From positions 19,530,001 to 19,594,000 of the forward strand of contig OZ024764.1 in the NCBI GenBank assembly GCA_964016885.1: DNA of 64,000 nt, written 5' to 3'. Every line of letters begins with the position of its first letter. The stretch's first letter is position 1. The notes beneath the pieces are model-generated. The model was given only the letters and a program-made list of their open reading frames with translations. It had not been told where the DNA came from and made no database searches. This document shows, piece after piece, positions 12,776 through 26,215 of the stretch. Source of the DNA: Eledone cirrhosa. Lineage: Eukaryota. The translations under genes and the position numbers were made by a program.

Positions 12776-14275
12776 ATGGTTAGTGCTCCTCCAGCTAAGA
12801 GAAAAAGGAAATTGAATGAAGAAGGGCAAGTGTTTCAAGAAAAGTGAGAATTACAGTATTTTTGCTCAATGCTGAACAGAAAGATACACTGTTTAATTTG
12901 CAACAACTACATCGCCACGCCAAAAGAGTACAATTTAAAAAGACATTATGAAACAAACCCTCGATCTTACGATAAATATGAAGCCCCAATGTGTGTTTCA
13001 AGACTCAAGGAATTGAAGTCTAACTTGACACAGGAATAGACCTGTTTTATGTTAATTCAGGAAGAGAATGTCACTTCCGTTACTGCAAGCTATGAACTCA
13101 GTCGAATGATTGCCATGAGTGGGAAATCTTACAGTGAAGGAGATTTTGTAAAGCAATGTCTTGTAAAAACAGCTGAAATTGTCCAGAGAAAGCAGAGTTA
13201 TTCAAAGACATTTCATTAACCAGGAACACTGTTGCTGAACAGATTAATGAAATGTCAGGTGATCTGAAACAACAGTTAAAGGCTGTATCATCAAGGTTTG
13301 AACATGTTTCTATTGCTATTGAAGAGACTGTTGACATCACTGGAATAGTACAGCTTGCATTCTTCACCAGGGCCTGTGACAGTGAATTTAATATTTATGA
13401 AGAACTGATTGAACTGGTCCCCATGCATGACACTATAACAAGCCAGGACATCTTTGAGAAGGTCAAGCAGGGTCTGCATGGTTTTGATCTGAGTAAACTT
13501 GCATGTTTATCTACTGACAGTGCTGCAAATATGGTTGGTAGACATAATGGTGTTGCTGCCAAGTTACAAACAAAAATAGAAAACTCATATCTAGATTCAT
13601 CATTTGCACATTTTCACTGTATTATTCATCAGCAAAATTTATGTTCAAAGATTTTAAAATTGCATCATGTGCTTAGCTTGGTCACAAAGACAGTGAACTA
13701 AATCAGAGGCCTGCTCTCAACCACCGTCAGTTCAGCCAGTTGTTGGAAGATATGGATAATCAGTTCACCGATGTTCCATTCTACACAGAAGTCTGCTGGT
13801 TGACATGTCACAAAGTGCTGAAAAGATTCTATTTGTTGAAATAATTATGTTTTTGGAGATGAAAGGTCAAAACACAGATGAAATAAAAGATGAAAGTTGG
13901 CTCCAACATCTGGCTTTTGTTGTGGATATTACTGCACAATTAACTGATCTTAATTTGAAATTACAAGGTAAAAACAAACCCATCACTCAGTTGTATGATG
14001 ACATCAAGTTCTTCATTAGAAAACTTAGCTTATAGAAGTCTCCGTTGTCAGATGAAAATTTAATTCATTTTCTTATGTGCAAAGAGCTGAAAATCACTGC
14101 CCATACTGAGTCTGTACTTTGCTTAACAAAAACTTCTCAGAGAACAAGGCTGACAGATCAACACATGTCATTTCTGATTAAAGTTGGAACTGTACAGACA
14201 TTTCAGCCAGACATATCAAACATTGTTAACAGAAAGAAGTGTCAAGCCTCAGGACAAAACACTAAAAATGGTTGA
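12776..14275 (+). mobile_element. Decayed hAT transposase (GTF2IRD2/EPM2AIP1/Buster-like)
   Basis: AKRKRKLNEEGQVFQEK*ELQYF, ISLTRNTVA, SIAIEETVDITGIVQLAFF, STDSAANMVG, HCIIHQQNLC, LNLKLQGK, RTRLTDQH; many stops. Confidence 0.85.
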
Positions 14276-14879
14276 ATGGTAACAAATAAATGTTCAGTTT
14301 TGAACTGTTGTTATTTGTGTACAATGTATTTGTTGCTGTTACAATCTGCAAGTATATGTTGACATGTTAAATTTTAGTTTTTTGTCAAACTACTTCATTA
14401 CTTTGTATTCATGAATGCTGCTAAAACATTTGTATGTACATTGTATGTTTCTAAATTTAAGTAACAAATCTTTCTGCAATATATTTTATTAAATGACTTT
14501 AATTAGTTGCAGTGTGCAACCCTCAGACAACACATGTGACCTATGTGGACCTTGGGGAACCCTCAGTTTTTTATGCCTCACCTACATGATAAACACACCC
14601 AACACAGGCTGTAATGTGGTTGGTCATGTGAAGGACATCTAGCCATAGAAAGCTTGCCCGACAATAGTGTCGGAGAACCCTTCAATCATGACAAAGACAT
14701 GACAACCTTTTCTGTGCACTCAGTAGCAAATGAGACCTTATGTAAATAAGTCTCAGATCCTTGGTCTGTCTGGGAGATCAGTAGCCTCACTTCAGTACTT
14801 ACTTGGTTGAAGTAGACTCATTAAACCCTTGCTAGCAGGGAAATCTGATGTTGATTATGTAACCTCAACCTCTTCTTAT

Positions 14880-15381
14880 TAACCCACTTATTCCAGAAAG
14901 GGTCTTGGGGGCAGAGTCCTCAAACACTCCCTCCAACAGGTCCTGTCAGAAGCAACCCACTCCAACTGATCTGGCTGGATCTCCCAGAGAGACCAGCCAA
15001 GCTCATGGATGTTATGTGACCATCTTGCTCAGGTCTACCCCTGGGTCTCCTGCCGGTTAGTTTTGCCTGTAAAATCTATCCAGTGATTCTTTCCTCAGAC
15101 ATTCTAACCACATGGCCATAGTATTGCAGCTGTGATCTCTCAATTCGGAGAAGTAACAGCTCCACCTGGAGTGACTCTCTGATCTCAGAGCTATGCACTT
15201 TATTGAGAAACGTTCCTTCAAAGATCCTGCAGAGGAATCCCATATCTGCCACTTGTATTCCCAATCATATTCTTTTGGTCATTACCCAAGATATGTGACC
15301 ATAGGTAAGGGTTGGCACAAAAACCTAATTGAAGACAGCAAGTTCGGCTTTTATACCTACCTCCCTTCTGCTGATTACTGA
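14880..15381 (-). mobile_element. RTE-like LINE 3' fragment
   Basis: IQVADMGFLCRI..EIRESLQVE..LLRIERSQLQYYGHVVRM..RRPRGRP. Confidence 0.7.
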
Positions 15382-15399
15382 ATGTTGGAGCTGGTGCAC

Positions 15400-16062
15400 T
15401 ACTGATATTTCACTGCCCACACTGCAAAGTGGTTGGGTAGGAGATATGACAAAAAGCACCCAACCCACACTGTAGAGAACACACAGTCAACATTATAAGG
15501 TGGTCATGTAGGCGATATGACAAAAAGAAACCAGCCTACACTGCAAATAACACACAGCCAACACTATAAGCTCATCATGTAGGTGATATAACAAAAAGAA
15601 ACCAGCCCACACTGTAAAGCGGTTACGTAGGTGTCACGGCAAAAAGCACCCAGCCCAAACTGTAAAGTGGTCACGTAGGTGACAACAAAAATTACCCAGC
15701 CAAAACTTTAAAATGGTCATGTTGGTGTCACAACAAAAAATACCCAGTCCACACTATAAAGTGGTCATGTAGGTGTCACAACAAAAAGCACCCAGTCCAA
15801 ACTGTAAAGTAGTCATGTAGGTGTCACAACAAAAAGCACCCAACGCACACTGTAAAGTGGTCATGTAGGTGTCACGACAAAAAGCACCCAGTACTTAATG
15901 TAAATAAGCTTGGTTCTAGGAAGGTCATCCAGCTGTAGAAACCAAACCAAAATTTGTTCTGTAGGAGCAACACGTGGTCACCTGACCTGGCATTGCTTAC
16001 AACAGGATAACTCGTCTAACCCATGCCAGGGTGGAAAAAATGATGTAAAACAGTGATGATGT
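15400..16062 (+). repeat. SINE-like element with expanded 48-bp internal tandem repeat and (ATG)n tail
   Basis: CACACTGTAAAGTGGTCATGTAGGTGTCACAACAAAAAGCACCCAGTC units, then AGGAAGG..CATCCAGCTGTAGAAACC and GATGATG. Confidence 0.7.
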
Positions 16063-16467
16063 TATAACATTTGTTTAATAATGAATTCCAATCTCATTGT
16101 TAACAGCTATAGATGTCAGGATGTGAACCTTTTTACTGAAATATCTTCTCCATGTTAGTGGCTGAAGAAGATTTAGAAAACTTTCACACAATAACAGTAT
16201 TCCCTAACTTCTCCCCTAAAAAATACAAGACAAGCAGGGCCAGACTTTTACCTACTGAAGCCCTAAGCTATATGAAATTAGAGGTTCTTCTCTAAAAATA
16301 TATAATTATCTTTTATATTAATGTTAATGATAAAGAATAAATAATATAATAAATATACCACCATAGGTGCTGAGGTGGCTAGCTGCTGGTGTGAGCCACA
16401 TGAGATGGAATGGCTCTTCCAGCACATCTAGAACATGACCCTCTAATATCTAGTAGTTAGTAACAAA

Positions 16468-17127
16468 CTAGACCACCCGCGACATGTTGGGTCACGTTCC
16501 TTTAACACTATTTTAAAAGTCATTTAAAATAATTTTTAAATAGTTAAAATATACACATACGTATATATATATATCATCATCATCATCACCGTTTTACGTC
16601 CGTTCTTCCACGCTAGCATGGGTTAGACGGGTTGTCCTGTTGTGGGCATCGTCTGGTCGGCTGACCATGCCTTGCTCATACAGGAACTGATTTGGCTCGA
16701 TTTCTACAGCTGGATGCCCTTCCTAACACCAACCTCATTTACAGTGAGTGCTGGGTGCTTTTTAGTGGCGCCTACATGTCCACTTTACAGTGTGGGGTCG
16801 GTGCTTTTTTGCCGTGGCACCTCCACGACCACTTTGCAGTGGAAGGTGTGGGGGCATATTGTCTATATGCTTCATACGTATATCTATATATATATATACA
16901 CACATACATTTTATTTAACACCACCAGCGCCCACTCTCTCACCACCACTGTCTCGCTCTCTCCCTATATTTATGAAGGTACCCAGAAAACCCCGTATCTT
17001 GGGAACCTGTGCTCCAATTTATACAAAACTTGTTTTATTCCTTTCAAAGTATTTCCCCATTATGCACTGTTTTAGCTGTATTAAATTACAGACAAGACAC
17101 AATCACAGAGTTTTAGTAGTATATAGT
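16468..17127 (-). mobile_element. Helitron-like non-autonomous element with nested SINE (16574-16850)
   Basis: CTAG at 16468 with hairpin remnant; the (CAT)n-tailed insert is absent from the copies at 43346 and 56395. Confidence 0.6.
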
Positions 17128-17251
17128 TAATATAGCTTCAAATTAAAGTTAGTAAACGACAGTTTGGAGAAATCTGTAACATTTATTAAACATTCCTCAA
17201 GTTTGTCAATTCTATAGCACAATAGTTTGTTAAAGTGTTTAGTTAGATATT

Positions 17252-17622
17252 CTACATATAAAGAAGAGAGAATACTTTACCACAAATATTACAGTGGTAT
17301 AATGATTTTCCCATCTCTACTGAAAAATATTCCTATGTTGATGTAAATATTTCTATTGTTCATAATTTTATCAAATGTGATCTTTGTCAATATCCAAATA
17401 TTTTGAAAACTCCTTTGTAAATATCCAAAGTTTAATCAGAATGTAAAATCATCTTGTAAATATTCCAGACAGTGAAAAAGGAAAATGTTGTTATTTATCT
17501 CAATTCAGACGAAATATTTCACCATAATTCACCACAGACTAAACAAGTTTATATCACTTGTATGTAACATCTTTCTGTTGTCTTTAAAAGACTCTTTTCT
17601 GTCAAGGTCATGTGATATTCTG
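17252..17622 (-). pseudogene. Degenerate ZNF-type terminal exon with half-finger micro-ORF (unit 2)
   Basis: ORF 17314..17252 is identical to 770..708; acceptor TATTTCAG near 17620. Confidence 0.6.
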
Positions 17623-17914
17623 AAATAGTAGAGAAACATTATTAAGATATTTAGAAAATAGATATACAACAGTGAAAACTTTACTACATCTCTATATTAA
17701 TAGATATAAACCTTACATGGTGACACAAACACTGCAACACTAACTTACAGGAAAACATCTAGTTACTTGATCTAGTTACTTCAATCAGGTGAAGAGATAA
17801 ACTAGATTGACTTCATTCTCATCTGAAAACAGGATAGACAGATGGTTGGGAATATTAACTCCTTTACTGGAGAAGGACGTACCACTCAACATAGACTAGA
17901 TACTAGGTGTAAGA

Positions 17915-18520
17915 TCTAGAGGGACTGACAGATACAAGACTATCTGGAGATAGAAGGGTTGGAGAGGTGGTATAAGACAACCTAGAGAAAGAGGTAGGGA
18001 CAGTAAAACATCTCCCTCTTTAATATAAAATCTAGAGGGACTGTGAGAGGGGTACAAGACAACCTAGAGAAACGGGTAGGGATAGTAAAAGATCTCCCTG
18101 TTAAATATAAAATCTAGAGGGACTGTGAGAGAGGTACAAGACAACCTAAATAAAGGGTAGGGATAGTAAAAGATCTCCCTGTTAAATATAAAATCTAGGA
18201 CTGTGAGAGAGGTACAAGACAACCTAGAGAAAAGGGTAGGGATAGTAAAATATCTCCCTGTTAAATATAAGATCTAGAGGGACTGTGAGAGAGGTACAAG
18301 ACAACCTAGATAAAAGGGTAGGGATAGTAAAATATCTCCCTGTTAAATATAAGATCTAGAGGGACTGTGAGAGAGGTACAAGACAACCTAGAGAAAAGGG
18401 TAGGGATAGTAAAATATCTCCCTGTTAAATATAAGATCTAGAGGGACTGTGAGAGAGGTACAAGACAATCTAACAAAAGGGGGTAAGGACAGTAAAAGAT
18501 CTCCCTGTTAAATATAAATT
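17915..18520. repeat. ~82-bp minisatellite within RTE fragment
   Basis: Same unit as 1370-1920. Confidence 0.9.
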
Positions 18521-18700
18521 CAGAGATGTTCTACATGATACATATGATAAGGAGGAGGAGATTGATAGCTATGACATAGAAGATATCTGGAAGTTTCTTT
18601 CAGACAGCCTGTTGTGAACCACTGATGAGATCTGTAGTTGATGTAAGCTGCCAGCCAGATGAATGTTGCCTTGGTGATGGAATAGTACAGTAGATAGAAG

Positions 18701-19067
18701 CCGACCTTACCCAATTACACCTCTCAAAGGCAATGACACACGACCGTGACCTCTGGCGTCACACAGTAATACAGAGTACCCGACCTCCCATGGGTACAAG
18801 CTGAAGCATATAGACAATAAGCCCCCACCGCAAAAAAGCACCCAGCTCACACTGTAAAGTGGACGTGTAGGCGCCACGAAAAAGCACCCAGCACTCACTG
18901 TAAATGAGGTTGGTGTTAGGAAGGACATCCAGCTGTAGAAATCAAGCCAAATCAGTTCCTGTATGAGCAAGGCATGGCCAGCCAAACAGACACTGCCCAC
19001 AACAGGACAATCCGTCTAACCAATGCTAGCGTGAAAGAACGGACGTAAAACGGTGATGATGATGATG
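18701..19067 (+). mobile_element. (ATG)n-tailed SINE-like insertion
   Basis: Absent at the equivalent site TAGATAGAAG|TTGAAATC in units 3 and 4; truncated version at 2102-2246. Confidence 0.7.
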
Positions 19068-19538
19068 AAAGTTGAAATCTAAAACAACTGAAGAGACAGG
19101 AGGGGAACAACAATATCAAATAGTTAAAATGGAAGCTAGATATTAGGCTTACAAATTATTGATTTCTGTTGTTATTGTTAAAATCTGTTTAATCTGTGAT
19201 ATTTGAGACAATGTACAGGACAATAGAATTAATATCAATGTCTGACTAGCAACAACAAAAGTTTTCATTTTATTGGCAGGTTTAAATTACAGAAGTTCCC
19301 AAACCTTTACTAAAAATACAAATATATATCTTACCTGTTAAAGTATAATAAATCAAAGTTTAATGTGAAAAACTTCAATTTACACAAAATCTTCAAACAC
19401 TACTTCAAAAATGGAAACCTGGTGTTTATGATCCCTGTCATAGGTAAAACCTACAAGGTTAACCCCAGTTTTAGCCAGGATGATGGATCTACACAATTGT
19501 TGTTGTAGTATGATGTAATGAGTTTGATATTGATACAG

Positions 19539-21911
19539 CTAAACTTCTGTATGAATACGCACATGCTTGAAGTTACCTCTGAGAGAGAATGATTTACCAC
19601 AGATGTCACAGTGATATGGCTTCTCTCCTGTATGAGTACGTTTGTGGGTAGCTAAGCTACTTCTGTCAGCGAATGATTTACCACAGATGTCACAGTGATA
19701 TGGCTTCTCTCCCGTATGAATACGTTTGTGGCTAGTTAAGCCACTTCTGTCAGTGAATGATTTACCACAGATGTCACAGTGATATGGCTTCTCTCCTGTA
19801 TGAGTACGTTTGTGGGTAGCTAAGCTACTTCTGTTAGCGAATGATTTACCACAGATATCACAATGATATGGCTTCTCCCCTGTATGAATATATTTGTGAG
19901 TAGTTAAGGTACTACTGCGACTGAATGATTTACCACAGATGTCACAATGATATAGCTTCTCCCCTGTATGAATACATTTGTGAGTAGTTAAGGTTCTACT
20001 GCGACTGAATGATTTACCACAGATGTCACAGTGATATGGCTTCTCTCCTGTATGAGTACGTTTGTGGGTAGCTAAACTACTTCTGTCAGCGAATGATTTA
20101 CCACAGATGTCACAGTGATATGGCTTCTCTCCCGTATGAATACGTTTGTGGCTAGTTAAGCCACTTCTGTCAGTGAATGATTTACCACAGATGTCACAGT
20201 GATATGGCTTCTCTCCTGTATGAGTACGTTTGTGGGTAGCTAAGCTACTTCTGTTAGCGAATGATTTACCACAGATATCACAATGATATGGCTTCTCCCC
20301 TGTATGAATATATTTGTGAGTAGTTAAGGTACTACTGCGACTGAATGATTTACCACAGATGTCACAATGATATGGCTTCTCCCCTGTATGAATACATTTG
20401 TGAGTAGTTAAGGTTCTACTGCGACTGAATGATTTACCACAGATGTCACAGTGATATGGCTTCTCTCCTGTATGAGTACGTTTGTGGGTAGCTAAACTAC
20501 TTCTGTCAGCGAATGATTTACCACAGATGTCACAGTGATATGGCTTCTCTCCCGTATGAATACGTTTGTGGCTAGTTAAGCCACTTCTGTCAGTGAATGA
20601 TTTACCACAGATGTCACAGTGATATGGCTTCTCTCCTGTATGAGTACGTTTGTGGGTAGCTAAGCTACTTCTGTTAGCGAATGATTTACCACAGATATCA
20701 CAATGATATGGCTTCTCCCCTGTATGAATATATTTGTGAGTAGTTAAGGTACTACTGCGACTGAATGATTTACCACAGATGTCACAATGATATGGCTTCT
20801 CCCCTGTATGAATACATTTGTGAGTAGTTAAGGTTCTACTGCGACTGAATGATTTACCACAGATGTCACAGTGATATGTCTTCTCTCCTGTATGAATACG
20901 TTTGTGACTAGTTAGGCCACTACTCTGAGAGAAGGATTTATCACAGATGTCACAGTGGTATGGCTTCTCTCCTGTATGAATACGTTTGTGAGTAGTTAAG
21001 GTACTACTGAGACTGAATGATTTACCACAGATAACACAGTGATATGGTTTCTGTCCTTTATGAATACGTTTGTGGCTAGTTAAGGTATTTCTGAGACTGA
21101 ATGATTTACCACAGATGTCACAGTGATGTGGCTTCTCTCCTGTATGAATTTGCTTGTGAACTCTGATGCTACTACCGTAACTAAATGATTTACCACAGAT
21201 ATCACAGTGATATGGCTTCTCTCCTGTATGAATACGTTTGTGAGTAGTTAGGTTATGACTACAAGTGAATGATTTACCACAGATATCACAGTGATATGGG
21301 CTCTCTCCTGTATGAATACGTTTGTGAGTAGTTAGGTGATTATTAATAGAGAATGTTTTACCACAGATATCACAGTGATATGGTTTCTCTCCTGTATGAA
21401 TATGTTTGTGAAGAGTTAAGCTACTACTGTGACTGAATGATTTGTTAGAGATATCACACTTATAAGGCTCCTCTCCTGTATGAATACGTTTGTGAGTAGT
21501 TAGGTGATTACTCTGAGAGAATGAATTACCGCAGATGTCACAGTGATATGGCTTCTCTCCTGTATGAATACGTTGGTGTTTAGTTAAGCTATATCTGCAA
21601 GAGAATGATTTACTACAGATGTCACAGTGATGTGGCTTCTCTCCTGTATGAATACGATGGTGTTTAGTTAAGGTATTATTGTGACTGAATGATTTACTAC
21701 AGATGTCACAGTGATATGGCTTCTCTCCTGTATGAATACGTTTGTCAACTCTGACGCTACTACTGTGACTGAATGATTTGTTACAGATATCACACTTATA
21801 AGGCTTCTCTCCTGTATGAATACGTTTGTGAGTAGTTAGGTGATTACTACGAGAGAATGATTTACCACAGATATCACAGTGGAATGGTGATTTTACTATA
21901 TTTTTCGACAT
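19539..21911 (-). CDS. C2H2 zinc-finger gene 2, 790 aa, 28 fingers
   Basis: Uninterrupted ORF; fingers 2 (H>D), 6 (C>S) and 28 (shortened) are degenerate; a 5-finger block is triplicated. Confidence 0.95.
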   Translation of the reverse strand: MSKNIVKSPFHCDICGKSFSRSNHLTTHKRIHTGEKPYKCDICNKSFSHSSSVRVDKRIHTGEKPYHCDICSKSFSHNNTLTKHHRIHTGEKPHHCDICSKSFSCRYSLTKHQRIHTGEKPYHCDICGNSFSQSNHLTTHKRIHTGEEPYKCDISNKSFSHSSSLTLHKHIHTGEKPYHCDICGKTFSINNHLTTHKRIHTGESPYHCDICGKSFTCSHNLTTHKRIHTGEKPYHCDICGKSFSYGSSIRVHKQIHTGEKPHHCDICGKSFSLRNTLTSHKRIHKGQKPYHCVICGKSFSLSSTLTTHKRIHTGEKPYHCDICDKSFSQSSGLTSHKRIHTGEKTYHCDICGKSFSRSRTLTTHKCIHTGEKPYHCDICGKSFSRSSTLTTHKYIHTGEKPYHCDICGKSFANRSSLATHKRTHTGEKPYHCDICGKSFTDRSGLTSHKRIHTGEKPYHCDICGKSFADRSSLATHKRTHTGEKPYHCDICGKSFSRSRTLTTHKCIHTGEKPYHCDICGKSFSRSSTLTTHKYIHTGEKPYHCDICGKSFANRSSLATHKRTHTGEKPYHCDICGKSFTDRSGLTSHKRIHTGEKPYHCDICGKSFADRSSLATHKRTHTGEKPYHCDICGKSFSRSRTLTTHKCIHTGEKLYHCDICGKSFSRSSTLTTHKYIHTGEKPYHCDICGKSFANRSSLATHKRTHTGEKPYHCDICGKSFTDRSGLTSHKRIHTGEKPYHCDICGKSFADRSSLATHKRTHTGEKPYHCDICGKSFSLRGNFKHVRIHTEV

Positions 21912-22871
21912 ATCTCCTACTAAAAGATATCAATCACCTCAGTTTCTCACATAATTCACAGTTTTAATATTTTTCTCCTCGCAATATATGGATATTTTTC
22001 TTGTTTATGTTTATAATATTATTCCTAAAATATATTCCTCCAGATATATTTCCATCAACTTTGGTCTTTCTTTATATTTAAAGATGATACAAACTGTTTT
22101 GTAGATCCCTTCAAGTTTAATATACACATAAAATCATCTTGTACATATTCCAGACAGTGAAGAATCTAATTTTTCTGGTCTTCAATTGATTAGTTATTCC
22201 TGTAATAATGGAAATATTTCTACTCCTGTAGTTCCATCAACTATCAACTTTGTCAATATATGAAGATCTTACAAAATCATGTGTAAATTTCTTCAGCTTT
22301 ATTTTGTATCTTCTACATATTCCAGACAGCGAAGAATAGAAGTGTTATTGAGTTTACAAGAAATATTTCACAGTATTTCTCCCATAGATTTATATAAACA
22401 AGGTTGTATCTGTTCTGTCTAACAGCTTCCTTTAGTCTTTAAATAATGGTGTTGATGAAACAACTGATATAAAAGTGTTTTATCCTTTTCATATCAGTCT
22501 TTATATTTATCTAAAAACTTTCCATTATAACTTCATGAAATTCTGCAAAGTTATGTTCCAAATAGCAGCTTAATACTGAGAAATTTAGTTATATTACTAA
22601 ATCCCTTCAAAGTGTTGAGTGTTTTCAAAATTATTTGAAAATGATGGGTAGTGTCTTTCATAAGAAATGGTTAATATTGAGGATATGTCTGATGTAACGT
22701 GCTCTTTAATGCCAATGTCCTCTGGTATTCTGAAATAATGAAAGAACATTATAAGATACTCAGAAACTTGTAATACATCAGTACAAATTTCATATAATTT
22801 TTCTATATTGGTAAATCGACTGTAATAAATACTAAGGCCTTCTTTGGGGAAGAATGTGCTGCCTAACATAG

Positions 22872-25368
22872 GTTAGTTATTAGTGGCAGTAGATTATACT
22901 GACTGATAAAAGTAGTTATTAGTGACATTAGATTAAACTGACTGATAAAAGTAGTTATTAGTGGCAGTAGATTAAACTGACTGATAAAAGTAGTTATTAG
23001 TGACATTAGATTAAACTGACTGATAAAAGTAGTTATTAGTGACAGTAGATTATACTGACTGATAAAAGTAGTTATTAGTGACATTAGATTATACTGACTG
23101 ATAAAAGTAGTTATTAGTGGCAGTAGATTAAACTGACTGATAAAAGTAGTTATTAGTGACATTAGATTATACTGACTGATAAAAGTAGTTATTAGTGACA
23201 TTAGATTATACTGACTCATAAAGGTAGTTATTAGTGGCATTAGATTAAACTGACTGATAAAAGTAGTTATTAGTGACATTAGATTATACTGACTGATAAA
23301 AGTAGTTATTAGTGGCAGTAGATTAAACTGACTGATAAAAGTAGTTATTAGTGACATTAGATTATACTGACTGATAAAAGTAGTTATTAGTGACATTAGA
23401 TTATACTGACTGATAAAAGTAGTTATTAGTGACATTAGATTATACTGACTGATAAAAGTAGTTATTAGTGACATTAGATTATACTGACTGATAAAAGTAG
23501 TTATTAGTGGCAGTAGATTAAACTGACTGATAAAAGTAGTTATTAGTGGCAGTAGATTAAACTGACTGATAAAAGTAGTTATTAGTGACATTAGATTAAA
23601 CTGACTGATAAAAGTAGTTATTAGTGACTTTAGATTATACTGACTGATAAAAGTAGTTATTAGTGACTTTAGATTATACTGACTGATAAAAGTAGTTATT
23701 AGTGACATTAGATTAAACTGACTGATAAAAGTAGTTATTAGTGACATTAGATTATACTGACTGATAAAAGTAGTTATTAGTGACATTAGATTATACTGAG
23801 AGATAAAAGTAGTTATTAGTGACTTTAGATTATACTGACTGATAAAAGTAGTTATTAGTGACATTAGATTATACTGACTGATAAAAGTAGTTATTAGTGA
23901 CATTAGATTATACTGAGAGATAAAAGTAGTTATTAGTGACTTTAGATTATACTGACTGATAAAAGTAGTTATTAGTGACATTAGATTAAACTGACTGATA
24001 AAAGTAGTTATTAGTGACATTAGATTATACTGACTGATAAAAGTAGTTATTAGTGAGATTAGATTAAACTGACTGATAAAAGTAGTTAGTAGTGACATTA
24101 GATTATACTGACTGATAAAAGTTATTAGTGGCATTAGATTATACTGACAGATAAAAGTAGTTATTAGTGACATAAGATTATACGGACTGATAAAAGTTAT
24201 TAGTGGCATTAGATTATACTGACAGATAAAAGTAGTTATTAGTGACATTAGATTATACTGACTGATAAAAGTTATTAGTGACATTAGATTAAACTGACTG
24301 ATAAAAGTAGTTATTAGTGACATTAGATTATACTGACTGATAAAAGTAGTTAATAGTGACATTAGATTAAACTGACTGATAAAAGTTATTAGTGGCATTA
24401 GATTATACTGACAGATAAAAGTAGTTATTAGTGACATTAGATTATACTGACTGATAAAAGTTATTAGTGACATTAGATTAAACTGACTGATAAAAGTAGT
24501 TAATAGTGACATTAGATTAAACTGACTGATAAAAGTTATTAGTGGCATTAGATTATACTGACAGATAAAAGTAGTTACTAGTGACATTAGATTATACTGA
24601 CTGATAAAAGTTATTAGTGACATTAGATTAAACTGACTGATAAAAGTAGTTATTAGTGACATTAGATTATACTGACTGATAAAAGTAGTTATTAGTGACA
24701 TTAGATTATACTGACTGATAAAAGTAGTTATTAGTGACATTAGATTATACTGACTGATAAAAGTAGTTATTAGTGGCAGTAGATTAAACTGACTGATAAA
24801 AGTAGTTATTAGTGACATTAGATTATACTGACTGATAAAAGTAGTTATTAGTGACATTAGATTAAACTGACTGATAAAAGTAGTTATTAGTGACATTAGA
24901 TTATACTGACTGATAAAAGTAGTTATTAGTGGCAGTAGATTATACTGACTGATAAAAGTAGTTATTAGTGACATTAGATTATACTGACTGATAAAAGTAG
25001 TTATTAGTGACATTAGATTATACTGACTGATAAAAGTAGTTATTAGTGACTTTAGATTATACTGACTGATAAAAGTAGTTATTAGTGGCAGTAGATTAAA
25101 CTGACTGATAAAAGTAGTTATTAGTGACATTAGATTATACTGACTGATAAAAGTAGTTATTAGTGACTTTAGATTATACTGACTGATAAAAGTAGTTATT
25201 AGTGGCAGTAGATTAAACTGACTGATAAAAGTAGTTATTAGTGACATTAGATTAAACTGACTGATAAAAGTAGTTAATAGTGACATTAGATTAAACTGAC
25301 TGATAAAAGTAGTTATTAGTGACATTAGATTATACTGACTGATAAAAGTAGTTATTAGTGATATCAGA
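22872..25368. repeat. 39-bp minisatellite (~64 units)
   Basis: Same unit as 4538-5068 with interspersed variant units; produces the 820-aa repetitive ORF. Confidence 0.97.
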
Positions 25369-25583
25369 TTAACCCTTTAGTATTCACATTACTCTATATT
25401 TACTATTATATTTTCACAGTAAATGCTTTATCTCACATAATATCAAATCTATGAGATTTTCATGTTATTTATTTTGAGAACAATACCTTAACATAAGTAT
25501 AAGTGACCAGTTACGGCCAGTTGAACAGAAAGACATGAGACAATTCTGGCCAGATATGGCCAGTTTATATACTAAAGGGTTAA
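25369..25583. mobile_element. piggyBac-like MITE (duplicated copy)
   Basis: TTAACCCTTTAGTAT...ATACTAAAGGGTTAA. Confidence 0.7.
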
Positions 25584-25584
25584 A

Positions 25585-26215
25585 GAAATTAGGTGTAGAA
25601 GAATGGCTTGTGAGAAGCTGTCAGTAAAGTGTGTCTAGTGAGGAATTGAAGGTACAGGTAGGAGTTCATCATGGTTTAGTTCTTAGCCCACTGTTGTTCA
25701 TCATAGTTCTCCAACCCATAACAGAGAGGTTTAAGACTGGCTGTCTATGGAAACTTCTCTATGTAGATGACCAACTATAGATATAGAATTTGAAATGGTA
25801 ACTTCTGAGAATATACTTAGCCAAAACTAAAGTGCTAATGGATAGGAGAGAAGACCCTGACCCCTTCAGGAAAGTGGCCCTGCTCCATATGTAGAAAAGG
25901 AATAAGTAGAGATAACCACAATGACAGAGACCTAGTTATAATAGCAGGGGACTTCAATGGTCATGTTGGACAGCTCCAGGATGGATACACTGGGGTACAT
26001 GGTGGTTATGGTTATGGCTCAAGAAACGATGAAGGAGTGAGGCTTCTTGTATTTTGTGATGCAAGTGAACTAACCATTTGCAACACTTCAAGAAACCTAC
26101 CAACCACCTAATAACCTACCAATCAGGTGAGCACATGAGACAGATTGACTTCTTGCTAGTTAGGCAGTAAGAGAGATAGATGGTGTCAAATACTAAGGCA
26201 TACCCCAGGGAACAA
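25585..26215 (+). mobile_element. RTE LINE fragments truncated by deletion
   Basis: Paralogous to 5285-5920; joined at CAA to sequence matching about 9440. Confidence 0.75.

Noticed and set aside
22863-25325. 820-aa ORF (MSLITTFISQYNL)n as a real protein
   Set aside because: It follows from a stop-free 39-bp unit. The 3-bp indels are explained by GTA/GTT slippage, the unit 4 array is frameshifted, and unit 3 lacks the array.
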